DNA from: a virus
DNA length: 41,666 nt
Virus record (IMG/VR): IMGVR_UViG_3300031673_000156
Direction: 5' to 3' (one strand)
Position numbers and translations under genes: made by a program. The notes under the pieces are model-generated. The model saw nothing but the letters and a program-made list of their open reading frames with translations. It searched no databases and was not told the DNA's origin. This document shows, in pieces, positions 18,835 through 26,994 of this stretch (within the stretch, counting starts at the first letter, position 1; every line of letters begins with the position of its first letter).

Positions 18835-20973
18835 TCAGAGATCTACAATAACTTCTCTTACACCGAACGTAAAGTTCTTTCCATCCACGTCAAGGACGCT
18901 GTCTTCTCGGCTGTCGAATTCGTCGAACCACTTAGAAGCCAGTAGAATAGCGAACTTGGTTCTTTGGATGTGCTTACGATTTTTCAAAAGCTCATGATTC
19001 TTATACTGAATCAAGTCATCCAAGATCGCCAGCTTGACTTTGTCCGATCCCTTGGCCTTCTCAGCCAGCACCAAACCTTCGTTCACCAAAGCTCCGGTTA
19101 CCGTCAGCTTTTTGCCGCCCACTAAACGATTTCGCACATCCTCGATCTTAGGCAAGCTAGAATGGCCTTTGACCTTCACGGTGAATTCTTTGGCGTGGTA
19201 GTAGTCTTTGGCTTCGCCTTTCACCATCGGTGGGGCGTAACCGTTCTTGCCGATGCCATTCTCTTTCAAAAATTCCGCTTGGGCTGGGGTCAACATCTCA
19301 GGCTTGGCATCGTCGCCTTCGATCTCTTTTTTGACGAACTTCAACGCTTTAAGGTGCGCTTGAGTCACGATCTCTGAGTAGACTTGGCGGCACATCGTAG
19401 TAGCTGACGTGTACCCGTCGGCGATAGCTCGGTTGATAACCGGGATGCTCTCTAACACTAAGATGTCGGTGCCGTCTTCCGCCGTTTCAATCATGTTGAT
19501 GTCGTTGAAAAACTTCCTCGTGGCCTCAGAAAGCTTCACAGGCAGCTTCTTGATGTTTAAGAACCCGTCCTTCACCAAAGCATAGTTCCGGTAAACAAAC
19601 GTCGGGTACTCTTTTTGGAAGCCAACCCCGGCGAAACCATCTTTCAATTCGATCGTACCTTTGATCGTAGCCCTTACCGACAAATTCAGCTTCTTTTGAT
19701 TCCAAGTCAAAGCTGAGATAGGGCACGTCGGGTTGTCTTCCGCTTGGAACTTGGCGTAACCCTCTTCCGGTTGTGAAGCTAAACCGATCTTCCGATAGTT
19801 GAATTCCTTGTGCCGTGGCAAGAAGTAATTCTCTTCGTCACCCATCAACACGTCTAAGGCGTCTAACAAGCAAAAAGCATCCCTGGGCGGCAGGTAGTTG
19901 GTGTTGCGGCCCTCGGCGAACCTAGCCTTGGTGTGGGTGACCGCTCGCTTGATCTTACCTTCAGCTTGGCCAAACTCTTCTAGGGTGTAAGCGTTGTTGA
20001 CCCGGTTGATCAAAGCTACGTCGCCCACGGTTCCTAAGATCTCCAAAGCTTCATCCGACTTGGCCTTCTGGGTGAGAAGCAAAGCCGAAGCGTAAGCCCC
20101 TTTCAAAAGGGGATCTTTCGACTCCTTGGTGAGCGTAACTTCAGTCGCTCCCTTGGGCGCAGCTTTGGTCAACACGTAAACCTGGGAAGCTGACGACTTG
20201 TTCGGGCTTAGGATCACGGTGTTGTCAGGAGAAACGAGATACGAATTCACCGCCCCGCCGTTCAAAGAAAAGACCACGTCGCTTTGTTGGGTGTCGGTGA
20301 TAAGATCAACCTTCACCTTTTTCGCTACGTCGGTGGTGCCTTGGAAAAATTCAGATAGCTGGGTTTGGTACTCGCCCAAAGAAGAACAATGCGTCAACGA
20401 ACCGCCGATCCCGTTAGCCATATCGGTCATCAACGCCTTGTTGTAGTAGTTACCGTAACCGATGAACAAACCCGCTGTGACCTTGTTCTCGATCGCTTTC
20501 AAAGCCTTGTGGATGTTCTCGATCTCTTTGGTGCGGTTAGACACCACAGGGTAGCCGTCAGTGAAAAAGGATAGCGTCACGTTGTCTGAAAATACCGCTA
20601 AGTCATTGATAACTTGGTCGGTGTCAGCCAAAATCTCCGAGAAGCAAGTACAACCCACAGGCGTCAGATTAGAATTCACCGCCTTCTCTAAAGCTTTGTA
20701 GTCGCCTTCTTCATTGATCTTGAATCCCTTGAGAATAAAATTCTTCTGCCCTTCACCGGAAAACCAACCCAAAGTCACCGTGTCACCAGCCGGTAATTCT
20801 TTGAGCTTGGTGATGATGTCTTGGCCTAAACCTCTTAGCTCGTAAGACATCGAATAAGATCTATCAAAAATAAGGATATGGTTGGTTGAAACCGGTGCCG
20901 CCTTAACCTTCGACAAAGCAGGCACGGTCTGTTCTACTAATACTAGATCGTCTCGGATTTTCAAATAACGCAT
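18835..20973 (-). CDS. von Willebrand factor A (vWA/MIDAS) domain protein, 712 aa
   Basis: N-terminal HILIFDRSYSMSYEL matches the DxSxS MIDAS motif, followed by a T...D vWA fold pattern and a long C-terminal extension. Confidence 0.75.
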   Translation of the reverse strand: MRYLKIRDDLVLVEQTVPALSKVKAAPVSTNHILIFDRSYSMSYELRGLGQDIITKLKELPAGDTVTLGWFSGEGQKNFILKGFKINEEGDYKALEKAVNSNLTPVGCTCFSEILADTDQVINDLAVFSDNVTLSFFTDGYPVVSNRTKEIENIHKALKAIENKVTAGLFIGYGNYYNKALMTDMANGIGGSLTHCSSLGEYQTQLSEFFQGTTDVAKKVKVDLITDTQQSDVVFSLNGGAVNSYLVSPDNTVILSPNKSSASQVYVLTKAAPKGATEVTLTKESKDPLLKGAYASALLLTQKAKSDEALEILGTVGDVALINRVNNAYTLEEFGQAEGKIKRAVTHTKARFAEGRNTNYLPPRDAFCLLDALDVLMGDEENYFLPRHKEFNYRKIGLASQPEEGYAKFQAEDNPTCPISALTWNQKKLNLSVRATIKGTIELKDGFAGVGFQKEYPTFVYRNYALVKDGFLNIKKLPVKLSEATRKFFNDINMIETAEDGTDILVLESIPVINRAIADGYTSATTMCRQVYSEIVTQAHLKALKFVKKEIEGDDAKPEMLTPAQAEFLKENGIGKNGYAPPMVKGEAKDYYHAKEFTVKVKGHSSLPKIEDVRNRLVGGKKLTVTGALVNEGLVLAEKAKGSDKVKLAILDDLIQYKNHELLKNRKHIQRTKFAILLASKWFDEFDSREDSVLDVDGKNFTFGVREVIVDL

Positions 20974-21127
20974 GGTGTCTCCAAAAGTAAATGTGTAACA
21001 GAACTCTCTTACATAATTTGTACTACATACGATTATTATCTACTACACATTTCTACCTTAAAAGTTCAAATGCTCTCACTTATTTTTAAAGGTAGAGGAT
21101 ACAAAATTCAGGGGTGGGGGAAGAAAA

Positions 21128-21355
21128 ATGAAAGCTATTTTGGAATTTAATCTGGATGATATTTCGGATCGGTTAGCCCACAAAAGATGTGTAAACGCTA
21201 CCTGCGCCTACCTCGCTCTTTTCGAGGTAAACGAAAAGCTTCGCCAAATAAACAAGTACGGTGACGGTAACGACAAGGTTGATGTAGGCGAGCTTAGAGA
21301 GATTATTTTTGATATCTTTGATGCTAACGGCGTAAACCTAGATGATTTGGAATAA
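21128..21355 (+). CDS. Hypothetical small protein
   Basis: 75-aa ORF with SD GGGGGAAG 7 nt upstream. It is the first gene of a plus-strand block after the divergent region. Confidence 0.5.
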   Translation: MKAILEFNLDDISDRLAHKRCVNATCAYLALFEVNEKLRQINKYGDGNDKVDVGELREIIFDIFDANGVNLDDLE

Positions 21356-21358
21356 AGA

Positions 21359-22276
21359 ATGGCCTATATATTAAGGGTTAAAATTATCGGGGTGGCTAAC
21401 GAAGCCGGTGACGTGGCGGTCAATATGCAATGCCATCTGACCGACACCGCTGGGGTGCCTTTCACTAACACCGCTGGGGTGTTGGACGAGTTCGTGGTAA
21501 GAGCCCCGAAGTCTTCTGATCCCGGCACCGGTCGCCTAGCGTACCTCACCGGCCTAGCTGAAGACGCTATCGCTTTGAAATACGACGTGTCGTTGGCTGC
21601 GGACGGCTCCGACGGCTCGGACGTATTGACGATGGCTACCACCGCTGTGGATCAGATCTTTTTGGGCCTTCTCGTGGACGGGCCGGGGGTCACCACCCCC
21701 ACGCCTTTGATATCGGTGTTGTCTACTACAGATGTCTTACTGACCGATACTTTGACCTTGGAATACACCGGCGACACCATAAGTAATGAGATTGATGAAA
21801 CCGGCGACGTGACCTTAGACGACAACACCATAACTTCGATGTCTTCTACGGCGGATGTCACCGCAGGGATGTTTGTGACTGGGCCGGGGATACCCGTATT
21901 CGCTTCGGTGGTGTCGGTGACCTCGGGTACGGAGCTAGTGATCTCGCAAAATGCGGTGTTGACCACCGGGTCGGCAGCTTTGGTTTTCACCGACAACCCC
22001 GAGTCAGAATTCTTAACTGCGGTGACCCCGGCTATCTTACAAGATAGCTACGTTGGTATGTCTATAGTAGGGGACGGGATACCGGACGGGACTTTGATAG
22101 CCGAAGTTATTGCCACGGACGAGCTAAGGTTGTCGGCTTTGGCGACTTCTACCAATACAACTTCAGCTTATTCGATCGCTGGGACGGCTCCGTACTTTTT
22201 CGATACTTCCGGTTTGACGGTGGACTACACGGATCTGCAAAGGGTGCTGGATATAGTAGACTTTGATAACTTGTAA
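21359..22276 (+). CDS. Hypothetical Thr/Ser/Asp-rich protein (possible structural/decoration protein)
   Basis: 305 aa with a low-complexity T/S/V/D-rich beta-like sequence. Confidence 0.55.
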   Translation: MAYILRVKIIGVANEAGDVAVNMQCHLTDTAGVPFTNTAGVLDEFVVRAPKSSDPGTGRLAYLTGLAEDAIALKYDVSLAADGSDGSDVLTMATTAVDQIFLGLLVDGPGVTTPTPLISVLSTTDVLLTDTLTLEYTGDTISNEIDETGDVTLDDNTITSMSSTADVTAGMFVTGPGIPVFASVVSVTSGTELVISQNAVLTTGSAALVFTDNPESEFLTAVTPAILQDSYVGMSIVGDGIPDGTLIAEVIATDELRLSALATSTNTTSAYSIAGTAPYFFDTSGLTVDYTDLQRVLDIVDFDNL

Positions 22277-22287
22277 GAGGCTTTGAG

Positions 22288-22857
22288 ATGAACCACAAAT
22301 TGATAGCAGCGTTGCACCGGGTAGTAGCCCAGGGCCTTTCGGGGCAACAGCTTTCCACTAGGCTACGGCAATTAGATAAAAATTACGGCTTTTACGACAA
22401 GAGCCAACAAGCTTATTTGCAAAAGATCTACAACGATGCTTACCACGACGGGGTAGCAGCGGTGAATAAGGATGCCTTCACGGATTCCACCCATGTCACG
22501 TTCCAAGAAGTTAGGGACCGATTCGAAGATTACGTCAAAATCGACGAAGAAGATTGGGATTTCATAGCCCAAGTAGCGGCAGGCAACCAAGGATCGATAG
22601 ATGAAATCTTGAAGCGCTCCGGCCAACCCGGTTTCGAGAACGACTTTGACTACGATCTATACGAAAAATACTACATCGATGGCTCTCGGAAGCTGGAAGA
22701 AGACGAAGACTACGCACCCAAGGAAGGGATCAAAGGTGAAAAGATCTTCTTCGTCTCAGATATGGCCTATTCCGATGGGGTTGGCAAACGGCTTTGGAAG
22801 TTAGCTTCCCAAACAATCAAAGAGCTAGCTGACGAATTGATGGAAGAAAAAGTTTAA
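22288..22857 (+). CDS. Hypothetical protein
   Basis: 189-aa ORF with SD AAGAGG 8 nt upstream. Confidence 0.6.
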   Translation: MNHKLIAALHRVVAQGLSGQQLSTRLRQLDKNYGFYDKSQQAYLQKIYNDAYHDGVAAVNKDAFTDSTHVTFQEVRDRFEDYVKIDEEDWDFIAQVAAGNQGSIDEILKRSGQPGFENDFDYDLYEKYYIDGSRKLEEDEDYAPKEGIKGEKIFFVSDMAYSDGVGKRLWKLASQTIKELADELMEEKV

Positions 22858-22877
22858 GAATCGGAAACCGAATACGC

Positions 22878-22906
22878 TTGACAAAAACCCCGCACCGGTA
22901 TTACTT
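22878..22906 (+). promoter_or_regulatory. Sigma70-like promoter candidate (TTGACA-17-TTACTT)
   Basis: Perfect -35 TTGACA at 22878-22883, a 17-nt spacer, and a -10-like TTACTT at 22901-22906. It points toward the tRNA cluster. Confidence 0.4.
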
Positions 22907-23017
22907 TGAATACTCAACCAACGCCAAGGAGCGAACGTGCTACTTCACTACATTCAAATTAGCTTTATTAAGCCTAAGCGGATGTTCTGAAGCGTTTCCT
23001 GTCTTAAAGATATTAAA

Positions 23018-23047
23018 CGCCTAAGAACATCTTTCTTAGGCGTTTTT
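23018..23047 (+). terminator. Intrinsic terminator-like hairpin
   Basis: 9-bp stem cgcctaaga/tcttaggcg with loop acatctt, followed by TTTTT. Confidence 0.6.
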
Positions 23048-23055
23048 GTATTTAA

Positions 23056-23128
23056 GCCAGGGTAGCTCAGTAGGTAGAGCACTAGGTCGAAACCCTAGGT
23101 GTCAGCGGTTCAAATCCGCTCTTCGGCG
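23056..23128 (+). tRNA. tRNA-Phe (anticodon GAA), with an unusual C at position 33
   Basis: Manual cloverleaf: acceptor gccaggg/cttcggc (1 mismatch, 2 G-U), D arm gctc-agtaggta-gagc, anticodon arm ctagg-tcgaaac-cctag, variable gtgtc, T arm agcgg-ttcaaat-ccgct. Confidence 0.6.
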
Positions 23129-23141
23129 CTAAATTATTTAA

Positions 23142-23213
23142 TGGGTAGTAGCTCAGTGGTAGAGCGCAAGTCTGATAAACTTGAGGTCGGCTGTTCAACC
23201 CAGCCCTACCCAA
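23142..23213 (+). tRNA. tRNA-Ile (anticodon GAU)
   Basis: Perfect cloverleaf: acceptor tgggtag/ctaccca, D arm gctc-agtggta-gagc, anticodon arm caagt-ctgataa-acttg, variable aggtc, T arm ggctg-ttcaacc-cagcc. Confidence 0.8.
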
Positions 23214-23349
23214 CTATTTTTACTATGGAGGTCTTAAGAAAATGAATACTACGACAACGCTAAGGCAAACCGGTAAGTCCTTCAAGAAATCTACCAAAGA
23301 GATTCTTCTCAAACATAAATAGCCCTCTATACATAGTCTGATATCTTAT

Positions 23350-23438
23350 GGGCTAGTTGTCGCTAGTCCATCCTGCTGGAGATGTAGAGCATGGCACTTT
23401 TAATGCCAGGGTCGCAAGTTCGAATCTTGTCTAGCTCT
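23350..23438 (+). tRNA. tRNA-Lys (anticodon UUU)-like, atypical. The 3' two-thirds is canonical; a 16-nt insertion sits between the acceptor 5' strand and the D arm. It may be a pseudogene.
   Basis: D arm gctg-gagatgta-gagc, anticodon arm tggca-cttttaa-tgcca, variable gggtc, T arm gcaag-ttcgaat-cttgt, 3' acceptor ctagctc. The only complementary 5' strand (gggctag) lies 16 nt further upstream than expected. Confidence 0.4.
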
Positions 23439-23469
23439 TTTTGTAAGATATTAAACGAAGGAATTCAAA

Positions 23470-23691
23470 ATGAAATATTATAAGCAATGTACTTTTAGGC
23501 AAGAAAAAACGGTCACCACGGCTTGGATAGAAGAGCGTGGGGCTAAGGTGGGTAAGAAGGTGAAGTTCAAAGATGCGGACAACGACGATTGGTGGGACGT
23601 GATTTCGGTGGGGGAAGACCGCCGCCCGGAAACCGCCGTCAAAATTTCAGAGAGATCTTACCTACACCAAAGGTCTATGTCGGACATCTAA
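23470..23691 (+). CDS. Hypothetical small protein (73 aa)
   Basis: ORF with SD GAAGGA 8 nt upstream. It ends exactly where inverted-repeat copy A begins. Confidence 0.5.
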   Translation: MKYYKQCTFRQEKTVTTAWIEERGAKVGKKVKFKDADNDDWWDVISVGEDRRPETAVKISERSYLHQRSMSDI

Positions 23692-23782
23692 CGCCTGGAA
23701 AAATCCCCTGGGGCAAAACAAAGAATTTTGCTTGTAACCTTCCGATATAATAAAGCTCTACTGATCTACGTTAGTCGGGTAT
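23691..23782 (+). repeat. Inverted-repeat copy A (about 90 bp), partner at 30461..30549
   Basis: cgcctggaaaaatcccctggggcaaaacaaagaattttgcttgtaacc...ataataaagctctactgatctacgttagtcg is about 85% identical to the reverse complement of 30461..30549. Confidence 0.8.
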
Positions 23783-23834
23783 TTTTGGGACTTCGCCAGG
23801 GTTACTTTTTTAGAAACGAACCTAGGGGGATGGG

Positions 23835-24410
23835 ATGAGTGCGTTGCATCGGGTCTTAGCGATCACAGAAGATGAAACAAAAAAGTTTATCTCCGACCAC
23901 GGTGGGCGGCCCACCCAAAAGGATTTGGACAAGTACGTTCAAGACAAGGGTATGGATAAGGATGAGATCTCAGAGATCATGTACGATCTCGTGAAGAATC
24001 AAATAGGTGGTTTGGAAGCGCCGAAACCGAAGCCTAAATCTAAGTTAGATACTGAAGCGATTAAAAAATTGGCGAAAGCTACGGGCCTCGAATACGAAAC
24101 GCACAACTATGAGGTTCGCTTCTTTCTCGAAAGCATGATCTACGTCGATGCTACTAAGATGACGGAAGACGAATACGACGAGATGGAAAAAGAGATCAAA
24201 AGTTTTTCCTTAAAAGGCGAAGGTTATGAAATTTTCGCTTGGAATGATGTTAGCGGGTACGATTATTGGTCTCAGCCGGATGAAGAGACAAATTATATTC
24301 AGATAGAAGTTAAAGTAGACAAAGATAAGATCGAATCGATAGACCCCAAGCAATTGAAGTTTGATGTAGAAGATGCTCAGAATACTTTTCACCAGTGGGA
24401 TAACGGATGA
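23835..24410 (+). CDS. Hypothetical protein
   Basis: 191-aa ORF with a strong SD (AGGGGGATGGG) directly upstream. Confidence 0.6.
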   Translation: MSALHRVLAITEDETKKFISDHGGRPTQKDLDKYVQDKGMDKDEISEIMYDLVKNQIGGLEAPKPKPKSKLDTEAIKKLAKATGLEYETHNYEVRFFLESMIYVDATKMTEDEYDEMEKEIKSFSLKGEGYEIFAWNDVSGYDYWSQPDEETNYIQIEVKVDKDKIESIDPKQLKFDVEDAQNTFHQWDNG

Positions 24411-24817
24411 CTAGACCTCTAATCTTAATCCAAGCTGAAACCAATCCTATAATCATGGACCAAGTGATAGAAGAGGTTGGTCCTAGGGTATTAGAGATCG
24501 TGGAAAGTTTTTCGGCTAAGGCTTTGAATCGGTATAACGTGCGCCCAGGGAGAATCTTCGGTAACCCTAGGGGCAAGGAACGGTTCAAGGTGGTTGATCT
24601 AGTCGGCTCGAAGATCGTGTGGAAGGACTTACAAACGAACCGCACGACTTACGATGATGTAGACGAGATCTTAGAAGCTTGGTCTTTGGCGGGGTATCAA
24701 GAAATTTCCCGGATCGATCAAATGCTAGAAAAGTTGAAGTCCTGGTTAACTCCATTTTTAGGAGCGGTTATTGTAGGCGCTCTGCTTTCATGGCTGGTTA
24801 ATAAGTTAGGACGGTAA
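24407..24817 (+). CDS. Hypothetical protein with C-terminal transmembrane anchor
   Basis: 136 aa. ATGA overlap with the upstream gene. C-terminal WLTPFLGAVIVGALLSWLVNKLGR is a hydrophobic helix. Confidence 0.6.
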   Translation: MTRPLILIQAETNPIIMDQVIEEVGPRVLEIVESFSAKALNRYNVRPGRIFGNPRGKERFKVVDLVGSKIVWKDLQTNRTTYDDVDEILEAWSLAGYQEISRIDQMLEKLKSWLTPFLGAVIVGALLSWLVNKLGR

Positions 24818-24955
24818 AAATGATCTTAGGTAATATTGAAGTCGAAGACGAAAAAGTTGTGTTACAAGTTGTATTCGAAGATGTCGATCAAGCTTTGGGT
24901 TATTGCATCGACCACGAAATTATGATCTCCCCTAAATTTATAGACGAGGGTTCTA

Positions 24956-25276
24956 GTGAGCGAGCATAAAGATTTTATCGTTGCTAAGACCTTGGAAGCT
25001 TTCGAGCGGTTCGATCCGGTGGTGGAAGAAACGTTACCCCAAGAGCCAGGGTCGCCTTCGGTGGCCCCGGACGGTGTGCCTGTCTTCGACTTAGAAACGA
25101 TGAGAAATCTGGAGCTTCACAAAGATAAAGTGATCCACGCCCCTGATTTTGAAGCGTTTATGGATCTCTTACAAAACGTAGCTACGGAAGAGAAACTAAA
25201 CCCGGCTCAAGACTTTGACAAGTTAGCCTCGGTGTTGAACCGGTTTAGAATAGACGAAGGGCTGGACCCACTTTAG
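24956..25276 (+). CDS. Hypothetical acidic protein
   Basis: 106-aa ORF with a GTG start and GAGGG 7 nt upstream. Confidence 0.5.
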   Translation: MSEHKDFIVAKTLEAFERFDPVVEETLPQEPGSPSVAPDGVPVFDLETMRNLELHKDKVIHAPDFEAFMDLLQNVATEEKLNPAQDFDKLASVLNRFRIDEGLDPL

Positions 25277-25536
25277 TATCTAGCTCGTGGTTGTCTTTCT
25301 TGCGCTTCGTTGACTTTGATGGTTCTGCCGTCGAATTCCTTGCCGTCTAATCCGTGCATGGCGTCGTCAGCGTCCTGGTCGCTAGAGTAGGTTACAAAAC
25401 CAAACCCCCTAGACCGATCTGTCTCACGATCGAAAATCACCTTTGCTTCGGTGACTGTACCGTATTGCTCAAATTTAGCTAACAATGAATCATTGTCAGT
25501 GCCCCACGAGAGACCACCCACGAATAACTTTTTCAT
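25273..25536 (-). CDS. RRM-domain RNA-binding protein (RNP-1/RNP-2 type, Rbp/CIRP-like)
   Basis: The start is chosen at MKKLFVGGL, with SD AAGAGGA 9 nt upstream. RNP-2 is LFVGGL and RNP-1 is RGFGFVTY, within a single about 80-aa RRM fold. Confidence 0.85.
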   Translation of the reverse strand: MKKLFVGGLSWGTDNDSLLAKFEQYGTVTEAKVIFDRETDRSRGFGFVTYSSDQDADDAMHGLDGKEFDGRTIKVNEAQERQPRARY

Positions 25537-25576
25537 CTCTATCATCCTCTTAACCTGAAATTGAAGTCTTCTTTTG

Positions 25577-25604
25577 ATCTTACAGAACAAGGCTAGACTG
25601 TCAA
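25577..25604 (-). promoter_or_regulatory. Sigma70-like promoter candidate for the RRM gene (TTGACA-16-TAAGAT on the minus strand)
   Basis: Minus strand reads tgtgtagTTGACAgtctagccttgttctgTAAGATcaaaag. The -35 is at 25599-25604 and the -10 at 25577-25582. Confidence 0.4.
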
Positions 25605-25657
25605 CTACACATTTTCATTACCTTTTCCTACTACAACAAACCAAGGTTAGTTTGTAT

Positions 25658-25673
25658 CTGAGTATATACTCAG
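25658..25673. promoter_or_regulatory. Perfect 16-bp palindrome ctgagtatatactcag (operator-like) about 20 nt upstream of gene 25693
   Basis: Self-complementary sequence in a divergent promoter region. It shares the TGAGT/ACTCA arms with the hairpins at 36771-36836. Confidence 0.5.
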
Positions 25674-25692
25674 GAAAGGGGGTGTTTAAAAA

Positions 25693-26043
25693 ATGGCAGG
25701 TATTAAAGAAACAAAAGAACTCTTAGAGTTCATCATCCGGTTAGGTGAAGCGGTAGACCGCAGCATGGAAGATGGGGAGATAGGTTTCATGGATATGAGC
25801 AATTTAGTTTCGGCTATGCTCGCAGCCAATGCAGCTTTCTCTGACATCGCTCTCATACCAGCGGAGATCAAAGATTTAACGAAAGAAGAATCTGAAGAGC
25901 TTTACGCTTACGTGCGAGACGAGCTTGATCTCGAAAGCGACAAGATTGAGATGATCGTCGAAAATGCCTTGGAAATAGGGATGAAAGTTTACCAACTTAT
26001 CCTAGCGATCCGAGGCGAAGCGCCAGCCGCACCAGCCGCATAG
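25693..26043 (+). CDS. Hypothetical protein
   Basis: 116-aa ORF with SD AGGGGG upstream, followed by a terminator. Confidence 0.55.
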   Translation: MAGIKETKELLEFIIRLGEAVDRSMEDGEIGFMDMSNLVSAMLAANAAFSDIALIPAEIKDLTKEESEELYAYVRDELDLESDKIEMIVENALEIGMKVYQLILAIRGEAPAAPAA

Positions 26044-26045
26044 GG

Positions 26046-26068
26046 TAGCCCCTTCGGGGGCTATTTTT
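26046..26068. terminator. Bidirectional intrinsic terminator
   Basis: tagcccc-ttcg-ggggcta hairpin followed by TTTTT. Lies between convergent genes (ends at 26043 and 26071). Confidence 0.65.
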
Positions 26069-26070
26069 CC

Positions 26071-26949
26071 TTAGAAAATCTTCTGCAAATCCACTTCACA
26101 ATCTTCATCCCACAAAGGGCCTTCTTCGACTTCGGGCTGGTTCAACACGCTCGTCTCTAAATCTAAAGCGTAATTTAACCGCACCAACTTATCGTTCAAA
26201 AGAATCGCTTCTTTGGCGTCCTTGAGCTTTTGGCGGCACTTAGGTGAAAGCTTGGCTTCAGCTACTTTGTCATAAAAGTCTTCTAAGGAGCCGTCAGAAG
26301 AAGCCATAATGCTGATAAGCTCGTTCTTGGTCCTTAGCACCACGTTGGGTACCGAGTCACCTGAATCGCCCCACAGCGACTTCCACAGCCTTATTTGAGC
26401 AAACTCTGTAAGGTGCTCATGTATAACTTTGTGCTTGTCTTTTCGGCAAAAACTAGCTCGAACGTGGTGTTTGCCTATGAACTCTTTTTTCAGCGGATCG
26501 TAAACACCGGCGTTGGGGTGGTCGGATATTTGCCAGATATCTTTGTCTGTGGTGATGACCGTGACTTCATCGTTAAAGTGCTGGGCGACAAAGGAAGCGA
26601 TAGAGTCGTCGGCTTCGTACCCTCCGGCTATGATCGTGGTCGCCTCACCTAGATTTTGTTTAATAGCTTCGGTGGCGTCGAACCGGGTGCCATCTTGGTG
26701 CGTCAACTTTTGCCTGCCTGCCTTATAACCAGGAAGCAATCGATATTTTTCTTCAGGCCTACTATCTAAGGCGTAGATAAATTTAGCCAACCCGTTCCAA
26801 CGCCGGTAGCTGGCTATACACTTCTTAAAATAGTCTACGTGTTCGGTGTAATATTTGGGGACTTGATCTGGTTTGCCACGGTAAGCAGCGAAGAAAGCGA
26901 TGTAAACTAAATTTGAGAAATCGACCACAACATAACTTTGTCTAAACAT
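26071..26949 (-). CDS. 5'-3' exonuclease / flap endonuclease (phage RNase H / FEN family)
   Basis: N-terminal VVVDFSNLVYIAFF (PIN-like), the conserved GYEADD box (IAGGYEADDSIASF), and a helix-hairpin-helix-like C-terminal part. The 292-aa length is typical. Confidence 0.8.
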   Translation of the reverse strand: MFRQSYVVVDFSNLVYIAFFAAYRGKPDQVPKYYTEHVDYFKKCIASYRRWNGLAKFIYALDSRPEEKYRLLPGYKAGRQKLTHQDGTRFDATEAIKQNLGEATTIIAGGYEADDSIASFVAQHFNDEVTVITTDKDIWQISDHPNAGVYDPLKKEFIGKHHVRASFCRKDKHKVIHEHLTEFAQIRLWKSLWGDSGDSVPNVVLRTKNELISIMASSDGSLEDFYDKVAEAKLSPKCRQKLKDAKEAILLNDKLVRLNYALDLETSVLNQPEVEEGPLWDEDCEVDLQKIF

Positions 26950-26994
26950 AAGGAACCTCCATTGCCGGGAGTATACTACACCAGGGTTAGGAGT

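Noticed and set aside
23691-23760. Canonical sigma70 promoter inside inverted-repeat copy A (TTGCTT … TATAAT)
   Set aside because: The hexamers are present, but the spacer is only 12 nt, and copy B has a degenerate -10 (gaaataat). Recorded as part of the inverted-repeat finding rather than as a promoter feature.
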